Source of the DNA: an uncultured Solirubrobacterales bacterium
Lineage (GTDB): Bacteria; Actinomycetota; Thermoleophilia; Solirubrobacterales; Solirubrobacteraceae
Direction: 5' to 3'
Assembly: GCA_963838535.1 (NCBI GenBank)
Contig: CAWIRN010000021.1
Location: forward strand, 379,901 to 443,900
DNA: 64,000 nucleotides
Below are positions 1 to 10,241 of this stretch, one piece after another. The notes under the pieces are model-generated. The model saw nothing but the letters and a program-made list of their open reading frames with translations, was not told the origin of the DNA and searched no databases. Positions within the stretch are counted from its first letter, which is position 1. Every line of letters begins with the position of its first letter. A program made the position numbers and the translations under genes.

Positions 1-706
1 TGTCCTGCGGTTGCATCAGCCGGAAGCTGTTTCCCTACCAGTCGTATACCCCAGGTGCCGTCTCGGTGGTGCGCGACCCGCATGGCAGCGGCCAGCAGGT
101 GCTGAAGTTCGCGGTGGCCAACACCGACCGGCCCTATCGCCGGCGCGACCAACCCGCGCGCTGACATCGAGACCGCCGGGGCTGTTCATGCCGGGTGACG
201 AGGACTACATCGCGATCCCCGATGCTCGTGCCCCGGAGCACTGCCGCCGGTAGAAGCAACGACGCGTGGTTCAGACCTGGCGGAGATCTACGGATCAGCC
301 GTGGAACGGAAGTCCGAGCCGTCAGCGCTGGGCCTCAGCGATTATCGGCCGATCGCCGCCACAACCATTTCATGATGAACCAGGACGCCCACCACGGTTA
401 CCGCCGGGCGTGGACCGGACCGGCAGCCACCGATGATGGGTGGCACACGATCATCTTCCACGTCAACTTCGAGACCGACAACACCGGCTTCGTCCAGATC
501 TACTTCGACGGGAAGCTGCAGAACCCTCGCCAACGGCACGACCACCCTGAACGAGACGACCCTCGATCGCGGGCATCAACTGGGACGGCACGACGGCAAC
601 TTCCTCGACATCCAGTCCTACCGCTCCGCCGGCTCCTTCCCGGGCACCGTGACGACGCTACATGGGCGCTCCGAGAATCGGCCCGACACTCGCGTCGGTG
701 AAGTAA
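1..706 (+). CDS. 5'-truncated, heavily frameshifted secreted protein, polysaccharide lyase (heparin lyase I/jelly-roll)-like
   Basis: Stitching frames gives KFAVANTDRPY..NPRADIET..WHTIIFHVNFETDNTGFVQIYFDGKLQ..NFLDIQSYR, ending TAA 704-706. The WH..F.....TG.V.I..DG pattern resembles this fold. Many indels. Confidence 0.45.
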
Positions 707-790
707 CCACCACCGTGTGGCTCGCATGGCACCCTGGCCCGGAGCGAACGGGTCAGGGACGCCCCGAGCCAACCCATACACTCCGGCCGC

Positions 791-1642
791 GTGGATTTCG
801 AGAAGTGGCAGGCCCTCGGCAATGATTACCTGATCGTGGAGTCGGGCGCGCTTCCGTTCGAGCTGACGTCGGCGCGGATCCGCAAGATCTGCGCCCCGCA
901 CACCGGGGTGGCCGCGGACGGAATCCTGCTCCTGTCCGAGCCCGACGAGCCCGATTCTGTGGCGCGGCTGCGGATCTTCAACCCCGATGGATCGGAGGCC
1001 GAGCTGTCCGGCAACGGGGCGCGCGAGGCGGCGCTCTATCTGCGCGCAGGCGGGTGGGCGCGGACGGACACGTTCACGATCCAGACCGCGGCGGGGCCGA
1101 TCCGACCCACGATCAGCTCGCCGACGACGTGCACGCTTGACATCGGCCGCGCCCGCGTGCGCAGCGCCGACTATCCGTCGGGCGCGGACGATGGACGGGG
1201 CGAGCTGACCGCGGCCGGACACCCCTGGAGCTTCCAGCATGTCCAGGTGGGCAACCCCCAGTGCGCGATCCGCGTCGCCGGCGAGGTGGAGCTGGGAGCG
1301 CTGGACCTGCCGGCCATCGGGCCGGGGATCGAGCAGCATGAGCTGTTTCCCCACCGCACCAACGTTTCGTGGTACACGCCCCTCCAGGACGGCCGGGTTC
1401 GCGCCCGGATCTTCGAGCGCGGAGTGGGGGAGACCGCGTCGAGCGGCACCGGCGCGAGCGGCGCCGCGGTCGCCTACGTCTTGTCCGGAGGTGACTCTCC
1501 GGTGACGGTGGAACTCGACGGCGGCGAGCTGGAGGTGGAGGTGGGGGAGGACCTGCATGTCAACCTGAGCGGCTGGGCGGTGCCGGTGTTCCGCGGCACG
1601 CTCGCCGATGACTTCGTGAAGGAGCTGCATGAAACCGAGTAA
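791..1642 (+). CDS. dapF: Diaminopimelate epimerase (catalytic Cys replaced by Ser at both sites)
   Basis: FEKWQALGNDY, FNPDGSEAELSGNG, VGNPQC, ERGVGETASSGTGA motifs; overlaps the DAP aminotransferase gene. Confidence 0.9.
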   Translation: MDFEKWQALGNDYLIVESGALPFELTSARIRKICAPHTGVAADGILLLSEPDEPDSVARLRIFNPDGSEAELSGNGAREAALYLRAGGWARTDTFTIQTAAGPIRPTISSPTTCTLDIGRARVRSADYPSGADDGRGELTAAGHPWSFQHVQVGNPQCAIRVAGEVELGALDLPAIGPGIEQHELFPHRTNVSWYTPLQDGRVRARIFERGVGETASSGTGASGAAVAYVLSGGDSPVTVELDGGELEVEVGEDLHVNLSGWAVPVFRGTLADDFVKELHETE

Positions 1643-2789
1643 GCGCCTGGAGCTGATCCCGCCGTACCTGTTCGCCGAGCTGGAACGGAAGATCGCGGCC
1701 AAACGCGCCGCCGGCGTCGATGTGATCAGCCTCGGCATCGGGGACCCGGACACGCCCACCTACCCGCCGATCGTGGCCGCCGCTCAGCGTGCGGTCGCCG
1801 ACCCGAGCACGCACACCTACCCGTCCAACCGGGGACGGGCGGAGTTCCGGGAGGCGGTGGCGGCGTTCTATCAGCGTCGCTTCGGGGTGACGCTCGACCC
1901 CGAGATCGAGGTGATGGCCGCGATCGGGGCCAAGGAGTGCATCTTCAACCTCAACCTGGCGTTCCTCGACCCGGGCGACGTCGCGCTGGCCGCCGACCCG
2001 GGTTACCCGGTCTACACGGGTGGGCCGCTGCTGGCCGGCGGCGAGCCGGTGCTGATGCCGCTGGTGCCCGAGCGCGGCTTTGCCCCCGATCTCGAGGCGA
2101 TCCCCTCGGCGGCGTTGGAGCGAGCCCGGCTGATGTTCCTCAACTACCCCAACAACCCGACCGGGGCGGTGCTCGCGCCGGGCCTGTTCGAGGCGGTCGT
2201 CGAACTGGCCGATCGCGCCGGCTTCCTCGCCGTGCACGACAACGCCTACAGCGAGACGACCTACGACGGCTACGTCGCCCCGTCCTTCCTGGCCACGCCG
2301 GGCGCCAAGGACGTCGGCGTCGAGGTGTTCTCGCTGTCCAAGGGCTACAACATGACCGGTTGGCGCTGCGCGGCGATCGTCGGCAACGCGGAGGCGATCG
2401 CGCACTACTGGCGGCTGAAGTCGAATATCGACTCGGGCCTGTTCGAGGCGGTGCAGCTGGCCGGGGCAACCGCGCTCGGGCCCGAGATCGACGCCGAGGT
2501 CAGGGCGATGAACGCCGTCTATCAGCGCCGCCGCGACCTGGTCTGCGCCGCGCTGGAGCAGGCCGGCGTCGCGGTCACGCCGCCCCGGGGGACGATCTAC
2601 ATCTGGGCGCCGGTGCCCGCGGGGTTCGACGGCGCAGCCGCGTACTGCGACTACGTGCTCGAACAGGCCGCCGTCGTGATCTCCCCCGGCGGCGCCTACG
2701 GGCCCAACGGAGAAGGGTTCTTCCGGATCTCCCTCACCACCCCCGAGGATCGCCTGCTCGAAGCGCTGGAGCGGCTGCGCCAGCTCTAA
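1629..2789 (+). CDS. dapL: LL-diaminopimelate aminotransferase (class I/II PLP aminotransferase)
   Basis: PPYLFAEL, SLGIGDPD, NYPNNPTG, SLSKGYNMTGWR (PLP Lys); coupled to dapF. Confidence 0.8.
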   Translation: MKPSKRLELIPPYLFAELERKIAAKRAAGVDVISLGIGDPDTPTYPPIVAAAQRAVADPSTHTYPSNRGRAEFREAVAAFYQRRFGVTLDPEIEVMAAIGAKECIFNLNLAFLDPGDVALAADPGYPVYTGGPLLAGGEPVLMPLVPERGFAPDLEAIPSAALERARLMFLNYPNNPTGAVLAPGLFEAVVELADRAGFLAVHDNAYSETTYDGYVAPSFLATPGAKDVGVEVFSLSKGYNMTGWRCAAIVGNAEAIAHYWRLKSNIDSGLFEAVQLAGATALGPEIDAEVRAMNAVYQRRRDLVCAALEQAGVAVTPPRGTIYIWAPVPAGFDGAAAYCDYVLEQAAVVISPGGAYGPNGEGFFRISLTTPEDRLLEALERLRQL

Positions 2790-2886
2790 GAGTCGCGCCG
2801 GGACGTCGCGCCGGAAAGGGCGAGGTCCGGGGCCGATTGGGCCGGTCCGGGCATCGGCTGGCCGATCCGCGGCTACCATCCCTAGC

Positions 2887-4203
2887 GTGCAGCCAAGCAG
2901 CAACGGCCGGGGGGATGGAGCATTTCCGGCCGCGGATGGGCAGCGCCCCCGGGGGCGGGCGCGGCAGCGCGCCTACATGGTGGCGGCCTTGCCGGCCGGC
3001 GCCGACGATCAGCTGGCCGAGCTCGGCGAGCTGCTGCGGACGGTGGGTGTGGCCACGGTGGGTCAACTCGTGCAGCGGCGCGAGCGACCGCATCCCAACT
3101 CCTATCTCGGCCCCGGCAAGATCGAGGAGCTGAAGATCGAGATCGGCCACGCCGACGCGAACCTGGTCGCCTGCGACGACGAGCTCTCGCCGCGCCAGGA
3201 GCGCAACCTCGAAGCGGCGCTCGGCGTGCCGGTGATCGACCGCACCGCGATCATCCTCGACATCTTCGCCGCGCATGCCCACACCGCCGAGGGCAAGCTG
3301 CAGGTCGAGCTCGCGCAGCTCGAATACAACCTGGCCAGGATGCGGGGGCTGTGGTCCCACCTCGAGCGCCTGGGCGGCGGGATCGGGACCCGAGGTCCCG
3401 GTGAGACCCAGATCGAGACCGATCGCCGCCTGGCCCGTGACCGGATCTCCGCCCTGAAGCGGCGCCTGGACCACGTCCGTTCCACGCGCTCGGTGATGCG
3501 GGCCGAGCGCGAGCGCGCCCATCTGCCGGCGGTCGCGCTGGCGGGCTACACGAACGCGGGCAAATCCTCGCTGCTCAACGCGCTCACCGGCGCCGACGCC
3601 CCGGTGCGAGACCGCCTCTTCCACACGCTGGACCCGACCACGCGCGTGCTGCGCGCCGGTGGCCGCGACTATCTGCTCACCGACACCGTCGGGTTCATCC
3701 GCAAGCTGCCCCACCAGCTGGTCGACTCGTTCGGCGCGACGCTCGAGGAGACGCTGCTGGCCGACCTGATCCTGCACGTGGTCGACGCCAGCGTGCCCGA
3801 GGAGGAGCTGCTGGAGATGACCAAGGCGGTGGATGACGTGCTGCTGGAGATCGGCGCGACCGAGGCGCCCCGGGTGCTCGTGTTGGCCAAGGCCGACCTG
3901 ATCGACTCCGAGCGCCGGCTCGAGCTGGCCCACCGCCATCAGGGAGCGGTCCTCGTCTCCGCGCAGACGGGGGAGGGCGTGGAGGAGCTGATCGGGCGGA
4001 TCGAGCAGGAGTTCACGCGAACACTGGCCGAGGTCGAGCTGCTGGTCCCCTACGGGGAGGGTTCGCGCCTCGCCGAGCTGCACGAGCTGGCGGGAGACCT
4101 CGAGCGCGAGGACACGCCTGAGGGAGTGCGGGTGCTGGTGCGGCTGCCGGCCAACATCGCCGCCCGCTACGCGACCTTCGCGCTCGACAACCGACCCGGA
4201 TGA
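2887..4203 (+). CDS. hflX: GTPase HflX
   Basis: IGTRGPGETQIETDRR, GYTNAGKSS (G1), DTVGFI (G3). Confidence 0.97.
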   Translation: MQPSSNGRGDGAFPAADGQRPRGRARQRAYMVAALPAGADDQLAELGELLRTVGVATVGQLVQRRERPHPNSYLGPGKIEELKIEIGHADANLVACDDELSPRQERNLEAALGVPVIDRTAIILDIFAAHAHTAEGKLQVELAQLEYNLARMRGLWSHLERLGGGIGTRGPGETQIETDRRLARDRISALKRRLDHVRSTRSVMRAERERAHLPAVALAGYTNAGKSSLLNALTGADAPVRDRLFHTLDPTTRVLRAGGRDYLLTDTVGFIRKLPHQLVDSFGATLEETLLADLILHVVDASVPEEELLEMTKAVDDVLLEIGATEAPRVLVLAKADLIDSERRLELAHRHQGAVLVSAQTGEGVEELIGRIEQEFTRTLAEVELLVPYGEGSRLAELHELAGDLEREDTPEGVRVLVRLPANIAARYATFALDNRPG

Positions 4204-4631
4204 GTCTGCGGGTCGCCCGGCTCGATCCGCGGGCCCGGCTGCCCACCCGGGCGTATCCCGGCGATGCCGGGCTGGATCTATACGCGCTCGACGGCGCGGT
4301 GCTCGAACCGGGCCGGCGGGTCTCGGTCCGCACCGGGATCGCCGTCGAGATCCCCGCCGGCCAGGCCGGGCTCGTGCTGCCGCGCTCGGGTCTCGCCGCC
4401 CGGCACGGGCTCGCGCTCGTCAACGCGCCCGGGCTGATCGACTCCGGCTACCGCGGTGAGCTTCAGGTGCTGCTGCTGAACACCGATCACCGGGCGCCGT
4501 GCACGCTCGCACCCGGCGACCGGATCGCGCAGCTCGTGCTGGTCAGGATCGAGACGCCGACCCCGGTCGAGGTGGAGGAGCTGGCGGCATCGGAACGGGG
4601 GACGGGCGGGTTCGGCTCGAGCGGGGGGTAG
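4200..4631 (+). CDS. dut: dUTP diphosphatase
   Basis: DAGLDL, PRSGLA, GLIDSGYRGE, RGTGGFGSSG motifs. Confidence 0.97.
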   Translation: MSLRVARLDPRARLPTRAYPGDAGLDLYALDGAVLEPGRRVSVRTGIAVEIPAGQAGLVLPRSGLAARHGLALVNAPGLIDSGYRGELQVLLLNTDHRAPCTLAPGDRIAQLVLVRIETPTPVEVEELAASERGTGGFGSSGG

Positions 4632-4641
4632 CCCGGCCCGG

Positions 4642-5727
4642 TCAGGATTGGGGGAGGGGGATCAGCCCGTGCGTCTGCAGGAACTGCTTGGCCACGCTGG
4701 CCGGGTCCTGGTGTGAGACATCGACGGCCGCGTTGAGCTGGCGCATCACCGACCGGGTCAACAGCGCATCGACGCGGTTGATCGTGGCCGCGAAGGCCGG
4801 GCCCTCGGCGCTCAGCGCCTTGGCGGACACGACGGGCACCACATTGCCCCAACCGAACACGGTGCGCGGGTCTCTGAGCAGCGTGTAGTCGCCGCTCGCC
4901 AGCTCGCCGTCGGTGGTGTTGAGGTCGGCCGCCTGCACCGATCCGTTGTTGAGCGCCGGATACTGGTCGCCGACCGCCAGCGGCTTGAACGCCGCCGGGG
5001 TCACTCCGTAGACCTGCTGGATGGCCGGAAGACCGGTCGGGCTCTGCTGAAACTGTGGCGGGCCGCCGAGCGTCAGCGTCGTGGCGACCCTGCGTAGGTC
5101 GCGGATCGAGCGCAGATGGTTCGCCGCGGCGTAACCGACCGTGACGCCGATCGCGCTGGTGTCGCTGAACGGGGTCGGGTCAAGCAGGGCGAGACCGTGG
5201 GCCAGCGCGTAGCGCTGGGCGGCCTCATAGGCCGCGAACTGGGTTCGGAAGTGGCGAGGGTTGCCGGCCACGGTGGTGTTCCACGTGTCCAGATACTCCG
5301 GGTACAGCGTCAGGGCTCCGCTGGCCAGGGCCCGCAATGTGACGTCGGTGGGCCCGATGTTGGCATTGACATTGACCGTGAAACCGGCGGCCTTCAGCGC
5401 CTGCAGGTAGAGCTGTCCGAGCACGAACTGCTCGGTGAAGTTCTTGTCGCCGATCGTGATCACCGGCTTGCCGGTTCCCGGCAGCGTCACCGTGTTCGTC
5501 GTGGTCGTACTCGTGCTGGTTGTCGTGCTGCTCGTCGTCGTGGTGGTGCTCGTACTCGTCGTGCTCGCCGAGGCGGGGACCGGCGCGTCGGGCCGCGAGG
5601 CCGGGTGGATGCTCGACCCACAGGCCGCGCAGGCGAGCGCGAGCACGGCCCAGAACGCGGCCGCGCACGAGCGGACGATGGTCATGTGGCTGCGAGTGGA
5701 CACGGTCGGCGCCGGACGTGAGGCCAT
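4642..5727 (-). CDS. Glycine betaine/osmoprotectant ABC substrate-binding lipoprotein
   Basis: Lipobox CAAC, Thr-rich linker, IGDKNFTEQ, LYPEYLDT; OpuAC/OsmF-like. Confidence 0.88.
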   Translation of the reverse strand: MASRPAPTVSTRSHMTIVRSCAAAFWAVLALACAACGSSIHPASRPDAPVPASASTTSTSTTTTTSSTTTSTSTTTTNTVTLPGTGKPVITIGDKNFTEQFVLGQLYLQALKAAGFTVNVNANIGPTDVTLRALASGALTLYPEYLDTWNTTVAGNPRHFRTQFAAYEAAQRYALAHGLALLDPTPFSDTSAIGVTVGYAAANHLRSIRDLRRVATTLTLGGPPQFQQSPTGLPAIQQVYGVTPAAFKPLAVGDQYPALNNGSVQAADLNTTDGELASGDYTLLRDPRTVFGWGNVVPVVSAKALSAEGPAFAATINRVDALLTRSVMRQLNAAVDVSHQDPASVAKQFLQTHGLIPLPQS

Positions 5728-5732
5728 CCTAA

Positions 5733-6473
5733 CTACACCCCCGCCGCTCGTCTGGCCTCAGCGTGGGCGGTGGCTTCGAGCTGATCGTCGAGCTCGGCCA
5801 GCGGCTCGTGGCGTCCCAGCGCGGTGGCGATCAGCCAGTCGGCGAACCAGGCGTTCTTGGGCAGCAGCGGGCCGTGCAGGTAGGTGCCGATCACGTTGCC
5901 CGCGCGGACGCCCTCGTGTCCGTCGCGGCCGTTGTTGCCGTGCCCGGTCAGCACCCGACCGAGCGGCGTGGCCGCCGGTCCCAGGATCGTACGGCCGCCA
6001 TGGTTCTCGAATCCGGCCAGGACCCGGCGCGCCCCCGGCTCGAGTTCGACCTCGATCGCGACGTTGCCGATCAACCTCGGGCCGTCGGCCCGTACGGTCT
6101 CCAGATCGACCAGGCCGACGCCGGGCAGCGTCTCCTCGCCCAGTTGATAGCGGTGGCCGAGCAGCTGATAGCCGCCGCATACCGCGAGGATCACCGCGCC
6201 GCGGGCGGCGGCGGCGTGGAGGGCGTCGCGCTTGACCTCGACGAGGTCGTAGGCGCACAGCTTCTGGTCGCGGTCCTGGCCGCCGCCGATGTAGTAGATG
6301 TCGGCGGCGTCGGGATCGAGGGCGTCGCCGAGGCCGCTGGCCTGCACGGTGAACCCGAGCCCGCGCCATCGGCAGCGGTACTCGAGCAGCAGCAGGTTCC
6401 CGCGGTCGGCGTAGATGTTCATCAGATCCGGGTAGAGCGCGCACACTCTCAATCCGGCGCCCGGCTCAGGCAC
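5733..6473 (-). CDS. gatD: Lipid II isoglutaminyl synthase glutaminase subunit (CobQ-like GATase)
   Basis: LYPDLMNIYADRGN, GGGQD, VCGGYQLLG, GFENHGG, GTYLHGPLL; in operon with murT. Confidence 0.92.
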   Translation of the reverse strand: MPEPGAGLRVCALYPDLMNIYADRGNLLLLEYRCRWRGLGFTVQASGLGDALDPDAADIYYIGGGQDRDQKLCAYDLVEVKRDALHAAAARGAVILAVCGGYQLLGHRYQLGEETLPGVGLVDLETVRADGPRLIGNVAIEVELEPGARRVLAGFENHGGRTILGPAATPLGRVLTGHGNNGRDGHEGVRAGNVIGTYLHGPLLPKNAWFADWLIATALGRHEPLAELDDQLEATAHAEARRAAGV

Positions 6474-7179
6474 TGAGCATCACCACCGCGCTGCCGACAT
6501 AGTCGTCGGTGGCCGGGACGATCGACCGACCCGCCGCGGCGAGCCCGACCCGGGCCGCCTCGCGCTCGAGCTGCGCCGGGTCCAGACGATCGAGCCGGAT
6601 CGCGTCGCGGCTCACGACCAGCTGCCCGTCCGCGCTCACCGTCTCCCGCCGGCGCTCCAGCACGAACCCACCGGAGTCGGCGCGCACCGCGGTGGGCTGG
6701 CTCGAGTACACGACTCCGTCGCGCTCGCAGATGTCGGGCAGGGGAACCGGTGACCCGTCGGGCACCTCGTAGACCTCGAGTTCGTCGGTCAGCGCGATCG
6801 CCACCACGCCGCCGGCGCGGAGGTGTCGGCGGGCGCAGCGTAGGAAGCCGGCCCGCCCGCCGGCCCCGCCGAGCAGTTGGATCGTCTGCATCGGCATCAG
6901 GCAGAGCGCGAACTGCTGAGCGAGATCGAAGTCGCGCGCGTCGGCGAGGACGGTCGCGAGCTCGATCCCGCCGGCTCGGCGGCGCAGCTCGGCGAGCAGG
7001 TCGGGGTCGTGGTCGACCGCGGTGACCGCGTGACCGTGACGCGCCAGGTCCAGGGCGATCCGTCCGGTGCCGGCGCCGACGTCGAGCACCGGATCGCCGT
7101 ACCGGTCGGCCAGCTCGCGCCACAGCCGCAGGTCCTCGACGTAGCCGCCGCACTCGAGGTCGTGCCAGATGACGCTCAC
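6466..7179 (-). CDS. Class I SAM-dependent methyltransferase
   Basis: VLDVGAGTGR motif I; overlaps both murT and gatD. Confidence 0.88.
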   Translation of the reverse strand: MSVIWHDLECGGYVEDLRLWRELADRYGDPVLDVGAGTGRIALDLARHGHAVTAVDHDPDLLAELRRRAGGIELATVLADARDFDLAQQFALCLMPMQTIQLLGGAGGRAGFLRCARRHLRAGGVVAIALTDELEVYEVPDGSPVPLPDICERDGVVYSSQPTAVRADSGGFVLERRRETVSADGQLVVSRDAIRLDRLDPAQLEREAARVGLAAAGRSIVPATDDYVGSAVVMLSA

Positions 7180-8573
7180 GATCTGACCCTGCCGTCCTGC
7201 GCCCAGAACTGGGCCACGTGGCCGCGACGGGCCAGCTCGTCGCGCAGCTCGAGCAATGCCGTGTAGGTCGGCAGCGCGAACAACCGGCCCTCGCCGGTGC
7301 TGGCGAGCGCTTGGTCCAGCGCGCTGGCCACGCTCGGCACGACGTGCAGGCGATCCGCCGGCACGCCGGCGTACTTCAGCCGCAGCGCCAGCTCGCCGGC
7401 GCGCGTGCCGGCGCAGGTGACGCGGCGCAGATGGGGGGCGAGGATCTCGAAGTCGGCGTCCCAGATCCAGGACACGTCGCGACCGTCGGCGGTGCGGTCG
7501 TTGAGGATCCCGAGCACGTCCAGGGCGGCGCGCTCGAGCACCAGCGTGCGCAGGATCTCGTTGGCGCCGGCGGGATTCTTGATCAGCAGGATCGATAGCT
7601 CCACGTCACCGATGCGGATCCGCTCGGCCCGGCCGAACGCCGCGGTCACGCGCCCCAGGCCCGCCGCCACCGCGTCCAGCGACACCCCCAGGGCGAGGCA
7701 CAGCGCGGCGGCGCCGAGTGCGTTGTAGACGTTGTAGAGCCCCGGCAGCGGGAGCGCTACGGCGACCGATCCGACCGGGGCGCGCAGCGTGAAACTGGCG
7801 CTGCGCGTGCCGTGCAGCTCGATCTGCTCGGCCGCGACCGACGGCTGCGGTCGCTGCTGCCCGCAGGAGGGGCAGCGGTAGCGCCCGAGGTGCCCGAGGT
7901 AGATCGCGTCGTAGACGTAGGCGGCCCCGCAGCGGCGGCAGTGCTTGGAGTCGGAGGCGTGCTGCATCTCGGGCATCGCCATCGACGGGTCCTCGACGCC
8001 GAAGTAGGTCACGCCGGGCCGCTCCCGTCCGAGGTCGGCGATCAGCGGGTCGTCGGCGTTCAGCGCCAGCTGCGCTCGCCCGGTCAGCGATGCCACCATC
8101 GCCGCCCAGCGGTCGGCGATCGTCTCGAGCTCGCCGTAGCGATCGAGCTGGTCGCGAAACAGGTTGCCGAGCAGGATCGCCCGGGGGTGGAGCTCGAGGC
8201 CGATCCGGTCGAGCCAGAACTCGTCGACCTCGAACAGACCGAGCTCGCCGTCGATCGTGCCGCCGCGCCGGGACGCCGCGAGCAGCGTCGAGGCGACGCC
8301 GCCGGCCATGTTGGCGCCGGCCCGGTTGTGGACGAGCGCGATGCCCGCCCGCTCGAGCACCGAGGCGGCCATCGCGGCGGTCGTGGTCTTGCCGTTGGTG
8401 GCCGAGATGACCACCGATCCGCTCGGCAGGCGGGCCGCCAGCTCCCCGATCGCGTGGGGCTCCAGGCGCATCAGCACCTTCCCGGGCAGGCTCGTCCCGC
8501 CGCCACGCCCGGCGCGCCGGGCCAGATCGCCGACGGCGCGCGCGGCGAGGATCTTCATGTCCAGGAGCGTCAT
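7176..8573 (-). CDS. murT: Lipid II isoglutaminyl synthase ligase subunit (Mur ligase + DUF1727)
   Basis: GGGTSLPG, ATNGKTTT, NLFRDQLDRYGE, C4 zinc finger CRRC..CPSC, DGRDVSWIWD; ATG at 8573 overlaps the upstream stop. Confidence 0.93.
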   Translation of the reverse strand: MTLLDMKILAARAVGDLARRAGRGGGTSLPGKVLMRLEPHAIGELAARLPSGSVVISATNGKTTTAAMAASVLERAGIALVHNRAGANMAGGVASTLLAASRRGGTIDGELGLFEVDEFWLDRIGLELHPRAILLGNLFRDQLDRYGELETIADRWAAMVASLTGRAQLALNADDPLIADLGRERPGVTYFGVEDPSMAMPEMQHASDSKHCRRCGAAYVYDAIYLGHLGRYRCPSCGQQRPQPSVAAEQIELHGTRSASFTLRAPVGSVAVALPLPGLYNVYNALGAAALCLALGVSLDAVAAGLGRVTAAFGRAERIRIGDVELSILLIKNPAGANEILRTLVLERAALDVLGILNDRTADGRDVSWIWDADFEILAPHLRRVTCAGTRAGELALRLKYAGVPADRLHVVPSVASALDQALASTGEGRLFALPTYTALLELRDELARRGHVAQFWAQDGRVRS

Positions 8574-9443
8574 CGCGGAACGATCACGCGGATCGCGCCG
8601 GGCAGCGTGCGCACGGTGACCGGCAGCTCGGCGATCGGATCGCCGTCGGCGTACATCGTGAACGGACGCGAGGCGCTGATCCGAGCCGTCGCGCTGCGCA
8701 ACACCTCGACGTTGTTCAGCCGGACGTGCTCGCCCTTGAACACGGTCGGGAGCAGACGCAGGAATCGATGCTTGGGCGTGTCGGAGACGATCACGACATC
8801 GAGCAGGCCGTCGTGCAGCGAGGCGTCGGGCGCCATCAGCATGCCGCCGCCGTAGGCCTTCGAGTTGGCGGCGGCGACCGTGTAGCCGGTCACGGTGCGA
8901 CGCACGCCGCCGTCGAGCTCGACCGTGAAGTGGGCCGGCCGCCACCCCGCCAGCGCGCGCAGCGCGCCGTAGGCGTAGACGAGATTGCCGCGGATCAGCC
9001 GAGTCTCGTTGGCGATCCGGTTGGCGTCGGAGTCAAAGCCGCAGCTGGCGATCCCGATGAACGTCTGCGCGTCGGCCTCGCCGAGGTCGAGCGCCCGCAC
9101 GACGCCGGTGGCGAGCACCTCGCAGGCGGCGTCCGGCTCGAGCGGGATCCCCAGCACGCGGGCGAAATCGTTGCCGCGGCCACCGGGCAGCACGCCGAGC
9201 ACGCCGTCGGTGTGCTTGAGCGCGTCGGCGACGGCGCCGACGAGCCCGTCGCCGCCGAACGCGACGGCCGTCTCGCCGGCCGCGGTCGCCGCCCGGGCCA
9301 GCTCCGCGGCCGTGCTCGAGGTCGCTCGTCAGCTCGACGTGATGCTCGAGTCCGAGCCGCCGGAGCGCCGCCTGCACGCGCGCCAGCGCACGGCCGGCGC
9401 GTCCGCCGCCCGCCGCCGGGTTGACGATCAGCGCCAGCGTCAC
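8570..9443 (-). CDS. Diacylglycerol/lipid kinase family (YegS/BmrU), one frameshift near 9300
   Basis: NPAAGGG, GGDG, LPGGRGNDFAR, YGGG motifs across two frames. Confidence 0.88.
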
Positions 9444-10237
9444 CGGGTGACGAGCGAGTAGAGGTCCTCGGCGATCGCCACCGGCGCCGGGTCGCTCGCC
9501 GCCTCCGCCTCGGCGCGGGTGCTCACGCCGGTGAGCACGATCGCCCCGTCGAGCCCCGCCGCGGCAGCGCCGGCGAGGTCGGAGTCGAGTCGATCGCCGA
9601 TCATCAACGCGCGGCCGCCCGCGGACCGGTCAAGCGCGGTCAGGAACATCTGCGGATCGGGCTTGCCGACGCTGCGGGCGGTCCGCTGCGTCGCGTACTC
9701 GAGCGCGGCGACGATCGCGCCGGTGCCCGGCGACATCCCGTCGTCGGTGGGAAAGGTCCGGTCGCGCCCGGCGGCGATCATCTCGGCGCCGGCCAGCACG
9801 GCCCGGGTGGCGGTGCGCAGCTCGGCGAAGCGCAGCTCGTCGTGGCCGGCGACCACCACGAGCTCGGCGTCGGAGGCGCGCTCGGTCCCGTTGACGATCC
9901 GCGCGCCGGCGTCGGCGACGTGGCGGAAGATCGCCGCCGAGCCGATCACGTACGTGGCCGTCCCGGGCTGGCGTTCGGCGAGTACGTGCTGGATCGCCGC
10001 GCCGACCGTGACGACCTCCTCGAGCGACGCCTGCAGGCCGAGCGACCACAGCTTGCGGACGTACTCCTCGGGCGAATGGCGGGAGTCGTTGGTCAGGAAC
10101 GAGACCGTCTTGCCGGCCCCTCGCAGCTCCATCAGCGCCTCAGGCGCGCCGGGGGTGGATGCGTCGCCGACCCATACGCAGCCGTCGAGGTCGAGCAGCA
10201 CGTGGTCGTACCCGGCGAGCAGGGGGGAGAGGGGCAT
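9440..10237 (-). CDS. HAD-IIA family phosphatase (NagD-like)
   Basis: DLDGCVW, FLTND, VGKP, IGDRLDSD motifs. Confidence 0.92.
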   Translation of the reverse strand: MPLSPLLAGYDHVLLDLDGCVWVGDASTPGAPEALMELRGAGKTVSFLTNDSRHSPEEYVRKLWSLGLQASLEEVVTVGAAIQHVLAERQPGTATYVIGSAAIFRHVADAGARIVNGTERASDAELVVVAGHDELRFAELRTATRAVLAGAEMIAAGRDRTFPTDDGMSPGTGAIVAALEYATQRTARSVGKPDPQMFLTALDRSAGGRALMIGDRLDSDLAGAAAAGLDGAIVLTGVSTRAEAEAASDPAPVAIAEDLYSLVTR

Positions 10238-10241
10238 GGGC

